Positions 35,410 to 41,383 of a stretch of DNA of 41,383 nt are shown here, piece after piece. A program made the translations under genes and the position numbers. The notes beneath the pieces are model-generated. The model was not told the origin of the DNA, made no database searches, and worked only from the letters and a program-made list of their open reading frames with translations. Position 1 is the first letter of the stretch; each line of letters opens with the position of its first letter. This DNA comes from Nemertoderma westbladi (taxonomy: Eukaryota > Animalia > Xenacoelomorpha), in the NCBI GenBank assembly GCA_032718475.1, contig JAUCBJ010000366.1, positions 1 to 41,383 of the forward strand. Reading direction: 5' to 3'.

Positions 35410-36043
35410 TACTCTAGGATCGGAAGCTGCAATTTTAAGAATGATGTGCCGGCTTGTCGACAAAATTGCGCCGCCACAACTCCCTATCACCCATGACATT
35501 TGCTAGATCATCCGTATCTTCAAGGCCAGTGTCCTTTAAGATGCGTCACAAGAAAGTCATGGGCTGTCCACCATGCTTATTCACTCTATGAGGCTGACAA
35601 AGCACAAGATTATGCACTGGCTGGTCCTCACGGCGAAAGAAATATCCTGCAAAGCGGAGGCGACTTTGTTCTAGTGTCAAGCTTGGGGGAACCAATGAGA
35701 CACCTCCAATATTATATAGTGTCTGGTTGGATATGTGTGCATTGTACTTGACACAATAAACCCGGCGTAGCATTCTTGTGAATGTGCCATGCAGAGATTT
35801 GTTGTCCTCAGCAGTTAGTGCCTAGCATGGATTCCCATAGAGGACTACTGCTGCTCTAAATAATCGGACCTTAAGTTTCCGATTAATTCTCGGAGACTTC
35901 CAAATCCTGGAAAGCCTATTCAAGGCTGCCCATGCCTTTCCCTTACGTATTCGACGGTCCTCACCCGACTTCCGGATCCATGATTCCAGGTAACAAAAGT
36001 CGTCCACATGCTCAAGCATACCATCATTTGAGCTTATGCTCAT
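35410..36043 (-). pseudogene. 5'-truncated RTE LINE copy
   Basis: Near-identical to ~26276-26927 (LEHVDDFCYL...KYNAHISNQTLY), with small deletions. Confidence 0.9.
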
Positions 36044-36689
36044 AATATTAACATTGTGACGTGACATTGGTCTTTCCGGAATCACTAATGCCACTCAGCA
36101 ACAAATACTACATACTAATAGTAATGGATACTTCCCGGTGGGCGGACATTCAACTTGACAAAACGTCCTATGTTTCACTTACGTAATTAGTTTTGTTTGA
36201 CTTAGGACAACTTACCACCATAAGTAAAATGTTAGGACGTTTTACCATCCGTAGCCTTAACTTAGGACAATTGAAAATTTGCAAATAACTCTTTTACACT
36301 GTTATGTTATCACTAATCCTTTGGTAGAAAGGAGGGAAATTCAATTTTATACCCGATTCACTTAAAACATGAATTTTGAGAAAATTTGACTTAGGACGTT
36401 TTACCACCCGCCCCACGATGTGTTGTACGCACTCCATTGGCTTATCTTGTTTGGTGAAACCGAAAATAAATTGCACAAAATATAATTTTTACTGACCCAT
36501 ATTCGAACTTTCGACCTACCTAGGATGTAACCTGCACCTTAACCTACTGGACCACTGCGCCAGTAGCAACCCATACCAAATTATAACTAGAGTTGGTAAT
36601 ATGCAAATTATAACAAACTGTAAAATAAGGCAAATGCTTTGGATTTTGACATTTTTTTACGTAGTACCAATTACAAATATCTACCTCGT

Positions 36690-36966
36690 AGTGAAATAAT
36701 CCCACACCGTACCCTCTTCGCTTGCGGCACCTGGGTCTCCCGACCGTCGAGTATTGTCGCCATCGCGCTGATCTTATTCTGGTTTATCGGTATCTGTCGG
36801 GACTTGCTGAATTGAGTCGGTCGACCATCAATTTATTCTATCACCCAGCAGTACTCGTGGCCACTCCTTAAAACTCCAGAAACCACGTGCGAGATTACTC
36901 CAACGAAACTCAACCTTTCACTTCCGGGTCATTGACCCATGGAATGCGTTGACCGATGATGTAGTG
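36690..36966 (+). pseudogene. CR1-like LINE ORF2 C-terminal remnant
   Basis: Translates to RADLILVYRYL...STRGHSLKLQKPRARLLQRNSTFHFRVIDPWNALTDDVV, the typical CR1-type TRGHxxKL...RVxxxWNxL terminus. Confidence 0.75.
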
Positions 36967-37210
36967 AATGAATGAATGAATGAATGAATGAACGAACGAA
37001 CGAACGAACGAACGAACGAACGAACGAACGAACGAACGAACGAACGAACGAACGAACGAACGAACGAACGAACGAACGAACGAACGAACGAACGAACGAA
37101 CGAACGAACGAACGAACGAACGAACGAACGAACGAACGAACGAACGAACGAACGAACGAACGAACGAACGAACGAACGAACGAACGAACGAACGAACGAA
37201 CGACGAACGA
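36966..37210. repeat. Compound microsatellite (GAAT)6(GAAC)~53
   Basis: Directly visible. Confidence 0.97.
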
Positions 37211-40200
37211 ATCTTGGGCACAGTGACCCCCAGCCAACAATGGCTTATAAGACATCAAATTTTATACAAATTAACTACCAAATACTACTAGGATCGGCAT
37301 GCTGCATTGCAGATGCATTATTAAGAATGCTGTGCCGGCTTGTCGACTAAATTGCGCCGCCACAACTCCCTATTACCCATGACATTTGCTAGATCATCCG
37401 CATCTTCAAGGCCAGTGTCCTTTAAGATGCGTCTCAAGAAAGTCATGGGCTGTCCACCATGCTTATTCACTCCATGAGGCTGCTAAAGTACAAGATTATG
37501 CACTATCTGGTCCTCACGGCGAAAGCAATGTCCTGCCAAGCGGAGGCGATTTTGTTCTAGTGTCAAGCTTGGGGGAACCAATGAGACACCTCCTCTCCAA
37601 TGTTATATAGTGTCTGGTTGGAGATGTGTGCATTGTACTTGACACAATGAACCCCGCGTAGCATTCTTGTGAATGTGCTATCCAGAGATTTGGTGTCCTC
37701 AGCAGTTAGAGACCAGCATGTACTCCCATAGAGGAGTACTGGAACTACTGCTGCTCTAAATAATCGGACCTTAAGTTTCTGATTAATTCGCGGTGACTTA
37801 CAAATCCTGGAAAGCCTATTCAAGGCTGCCCATGCCTTTCCCTTACGTATGCGAAAGTCCTCACCTGACTTCCGGATCCATGATCCCAGGTAACAGAAGT
37901 CGTCCACATGCTCAAGCATACCATCTTTTGAGCTTATGCTCATCCGATCAGAGACTTGCTGAGGACTTTCTAAGTTAACTGTCAAAATTGTGGTCTTTCT
38001 GGAGTTAATAAAAAGACCAACACTAGAAGCAGCATGTTCTGATGAGCTGAGGAGCCGTTGGGCTCCGTCTAGTGATTCTGAGAGTACTCAGCAAAGTCTA
38101 GATCAGTTAGGTACTTGGCAGGATTTCAGGATTTCTGGAGCCAGTAGGTGGAGTTATCATCACCCCATCATCATTATGATGATCTAAGGACATGCGTAGA
38201 ACATAGTCAACCACAATTATGAACAAGAATGGTGCAAGTGTGTCTCCCTGGAGGACGCCCCATAACACTTCAAGTGGTTCTGTGTCACCGTTAACAGTAG
38301 AATGATGTTGTCGAACCATCGACTACCAAATCAACTACCAAATAATACACAATTAACCAATTTACATCACAAATTAGATACAAGTCAGATTAAATTCTTC
38401 CATTTATTATTTCGCACCTACAATTGTACAAACCCGCTCAACAGCCGCGTGCACTATTTACTTGGTCACTACTCACTACACATTAAAAATTTCAACTTCG
38501 CGCTGTTCTCATCATCATAAAAATCTTGTGGGAAGAACCTCCTATCTAGGGCGTCACATTTATACAAAAAATGACTTTCGTCTTCAATTTCGCCCGACTT
38601 ACATACACAACATATTCTATCTTCTAAGGGTTTGCCCTGATATCGACCCACTTCAATACCCAACGGCAAAACACCGGACCTAAACTGCGCCATGATTGAC
38701 CATTCACTGTGGTTGATTTTTGACTTGACATAAAGTTCTGTGTCAAAGTTCGTTTTAAATAACTTGTAAGTACGCAGTTTCGGTTTAAGTAATACACTTG
38801 ACGCCAAGATATTTGAAAAATAGTCTGTACAATGCTTATCTAAATTATCTAGATCACATTTGATACAGCTAGTGTATATGTCATATAAATTCAACAATTT
38901 GAATCCTTTACAGACTTGTCTGCACCAACCAGACTTATTCGCGTACTGTTAATTAAAAATCTGCTTCTGGATCCTGGATTCATCACTGCAGGCTATTAAC
39001 CGGTTCCATCTACGGCCTAACGCCAGATACCTTCTGTGCTGTGAGTAAGACCAGCCCATGTCACCCTCAATGGCTAGACTGGAAGTGAACGTGTGGACGC
39101 CTAAAAATGGCGCATCACTTTAAGTTGAACTTTATCAATATCGTATGACGCAATACTGCCCCAGACACCAGAAGCATAATCTAAAATAGGTGTTATACAC
39201 GACGTATATAATTTACTGTAAGTATCAAATAGAAATCCACAAACAAACCCTACGTGATTTGGCTACAATCGCACCAAAAGCTCTCTTAGCTGACCCCGTT
39301 AGCACATTTATTGCTTTAGAGTAAGTTAAATGACTATCAAAATAAAGCCCTAAGTACTTGTAGCTATTTACAATAGCTAAAACACCATTGGATACTGAAA
39401 AATTATATTTAGTACAAGATTTATGCGGTTGACGAAAATGTACTACATTCGATTTATCAATATTTATAGACATTTTCCACCTAGTAGTCCAGCTAGACAA
39501 AAGATCTAATAATTGTTGCAAGTCATTTTCGCTGCCGCGAACAAGGCTATATCATCAGCATACACCAAAATGGATACTAATAGATCACCAAATTTAATAC
39601 CGATACCCGACGCTTTCACCTCTTCTATGAAACTATTAATAAAAATATTAAACAGAGTAGGGGAGATATTATCTCCTTGTCTAACACCTCCAACTGTGGC
39701 AAACCAAGGGGTTTTATAATCATTTATAAGTACTGCCGAGACAGTTCCAGCAAAAAGGGATTTGATGCACCGATACATATTGCCACCAATACCGATGGAC
39801 ATTAATCTATATAAAAGTAGGAGTAGGTCACGATCTATACAGTCAAATGCTTTCGAGAAGTCAATAAAAGCAACAAAAGTAGATTCACCCTTATCCATAC
39901 GGTCCTTAATAATAGAATGCAATGAGAAAATATGGTCCTCACATGATCTACCTGGGCGGAATCCGTTTTCGGCTAGCAAATTATTTAATTCACAGTAAGT
40001 TAGCAACCTATTATTTAATATACTTGTAAATAGTTTACTAAAACATGATAACAAACTGATACCTCTATAATTAGATGGGACTCTAGCATCTTTAAAAGCA
40101 CTTTTAGGGATTGGTTTAATAAGCGCCTGTTTCCATAATGTGGGGATTATACCACTAAGTAAAATCTTTTTAAATAAACATTGAATACAAGTAAAAACCT

Positions 40201-40730
40201 CGTTCGGAATAGAATCGACGCCGAGGGATCGAGGCAGTTTATTAATTGCCTGCTGAATTTCATCCATAGAGAACAACATATTAGTCATGCTATCAGGTTC
40301 AAATCTTGGCGAATCCATTATCCATTCCAATTCTTCCTTACCGTTCGATACATTTGTAAAATAATCTGTCATGTTGGGGTCTGATTGACTCTGTGGGTTC
40401 AATAACGATTCCCAGCTATGACGGTCCAAGCGACTTTAAATAATTCCAGAACATATTGGGGTTTATTTCCTCTACATTATTACGAACCTCCCAGCGATGA
40501 CGGCGTTCCTTTTGACATAATGTTTTGTCAAACCGCATACGTGAGTTAATGTAACCTTCCCGCATAGACTTTAATGCAGTGGACGACAAATTTCCTTGTT
40601 TGCAGGCGCGCAAATACAGTTTCTCACTTATGCTGTAAATTTTCCATAAATCAGTTAGTTCTGAGTCCCAATAAGGCTTGTAATTTTTCAAACGTTTACC
40701 GCATGATTTTGAAGCTGTACCACAACGATT
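37211..40730 (-). mobile_element. Decayed 5'-truncated LINE (RTEX/L2-like ORF2)
   Basis: ORF pieces 40416-40691, 39506-40429 (NYRGISLLS, FIDFSKAFD, GVRQG, YADD), 39225-39521 (YKYLG) and 38469-38897 (CCVC...EDESHFLYKC zinc knuckle). The 3' UTR runs into the microsatellite. Confidence 0.85.
37285..38332 (-). mobile_element. 5'-truncated RTE LINE copy in the 3' UTR of the previous LINE
   Basis: Matches ~26272-27318; short (TAG)n tail; TSD AACTACCAAATA at 37273-37284 and 38333-38344. Confidence 0.92.
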
Positions 40731-41184
40731 AGCAGGAAATAACCAAGTCGTAGAGGATTACATCTCTCGTAATCTAGAAACACCGTCCAAGCGACAAACA
40801 TTATAGGGATGAATTTTTTTGCAATTTATATTGCGGTTGAGTTTCGGATTATTAGGCCTTAATTATTAATATTATATTGAATTATATTCGTTTTACTGAT
40901 TGTAGTTATTATTTATACGTTGTAAACCACGATGTACCTTAAGTACGTAAATGTACGGAACTTTGTAACATAACAGGCTGGGAAATGATATTAACTTGTA
41001 AAAAACGCATTGTTATCTTTGAAACACCTATTCTTATCCGTCAAATTTACTATAAATTTGACAGAAATTGGCAATAAATCATTATTTATGGAAGTTCCAG
41101 GAACATATTTAAAATTAATGTTGACAATGGAAACCAATTATCTATATATGTATGTTCCAAACACAATGCGGCAACTAAAGCACT

Positions 41185-41233
41185 GGGACGTTAGTGCCCG
41201 CGGGCAATAATGTCTCGCGGTCACTAACGTCCC
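41185..41233. repeat. GC-rich inverted repeat / hairpin
   Basis: GGGACGTTAGTG...CACTAACGTCCC, with a third GGGACGTTAG at ~41254. Confidence 0.7.
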
Positions 41234-41383
41234 CCATCCTGTAAAGGATTGTGGGACGTTAGCCACTAACCAGTGATGGTCTGATGGATGAGACTTTCTT
41301 TTCATAACGCCACCTTGCGGTTTATTTATTTATTTTCTCCCCCGAGCAGATATTCAAGTTACTCCATAAATTATATTGGGTTC

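Larger units (their letters stand above)
33551..36417. mobile_element. Non-autonomous TIR DNA transposon with 4-bp TSD (Sola-like?)
   Basis: 26-bp TIRs CGTGGGGCGGGTGGTAAAACGTCCTA / TAGGACGTTTTACCACCCGCCCCACG; TSD ATGT, with the empty site visible at ~21373-21391; subterminal TAGGAC(G/A) repeats at both ends. No transposase seen. Confidence 0.9.
32696..36565 (-). mobile_element. ~970-bp dispersed element, copy 2, split by a DNA transposon
   Basis: 32696-33550 and 36422-36531 match copy 1. The minus-strand head has A-box TGGCGCAGTGG (~36552-36562) and a degenerate B-box. Confidence 0.7.

Noticed and set aside
36910-37350. ORFs of RSFV/NERT repeats
   Set aside because: They are translations of the (GAAC)n microsatellite.

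Overview
This is eukaryotic (probably invertebrate animal) repeat-dense DNA with no recognisable host gene: a pile of nested mobile elements. (1) A decayed Ty3/Gypsy gag-protease remnant (+; 4245-4581 and 19574-20108) is split by a giant minus-strand APE-type LINE (about 4582-19573; about 9.8 kb without its guest). Its ORF1 is about 1,900 aa and carries ~30 mucin-like 17-aa Thr/Ser repeats, a Ulp1/SENP-like (C48) cysteine protease domain hidden across a frameshift, a coiled coil and an RRM-like domain. This LINE is itself interrupted by a young, nearly intact Mag-type Gypsy LTR element (8052-13217; 235-bp LTRs; CCTCT TSD). (2) A decayed BEL/Pao element (-; about 22075-31272) has expanded, repeat-filled linkers and contains a 5'-truncated RTE LINE with a 14-bp TSD. 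(3) A ~970-bp dispersed element occurs twice; the second copy is split by a TIR DNA transposon carrying two RTE fragments. (4) A CR1 remnant abuts the (TTCA)/(TTCG)n tail of another LINE that again hosts an RTE copy. The left end holds a 22-bp palindromic satellite, a tRNA-like Pol III promoter, a ~234-bp tandem repeat with CTCF-like motifs and a MITE. The best novelty candidate is the protease- and mucin-repeat-bearing giant LINE. All calls were made by eye; clade names come from motif recognition, not from database searches.
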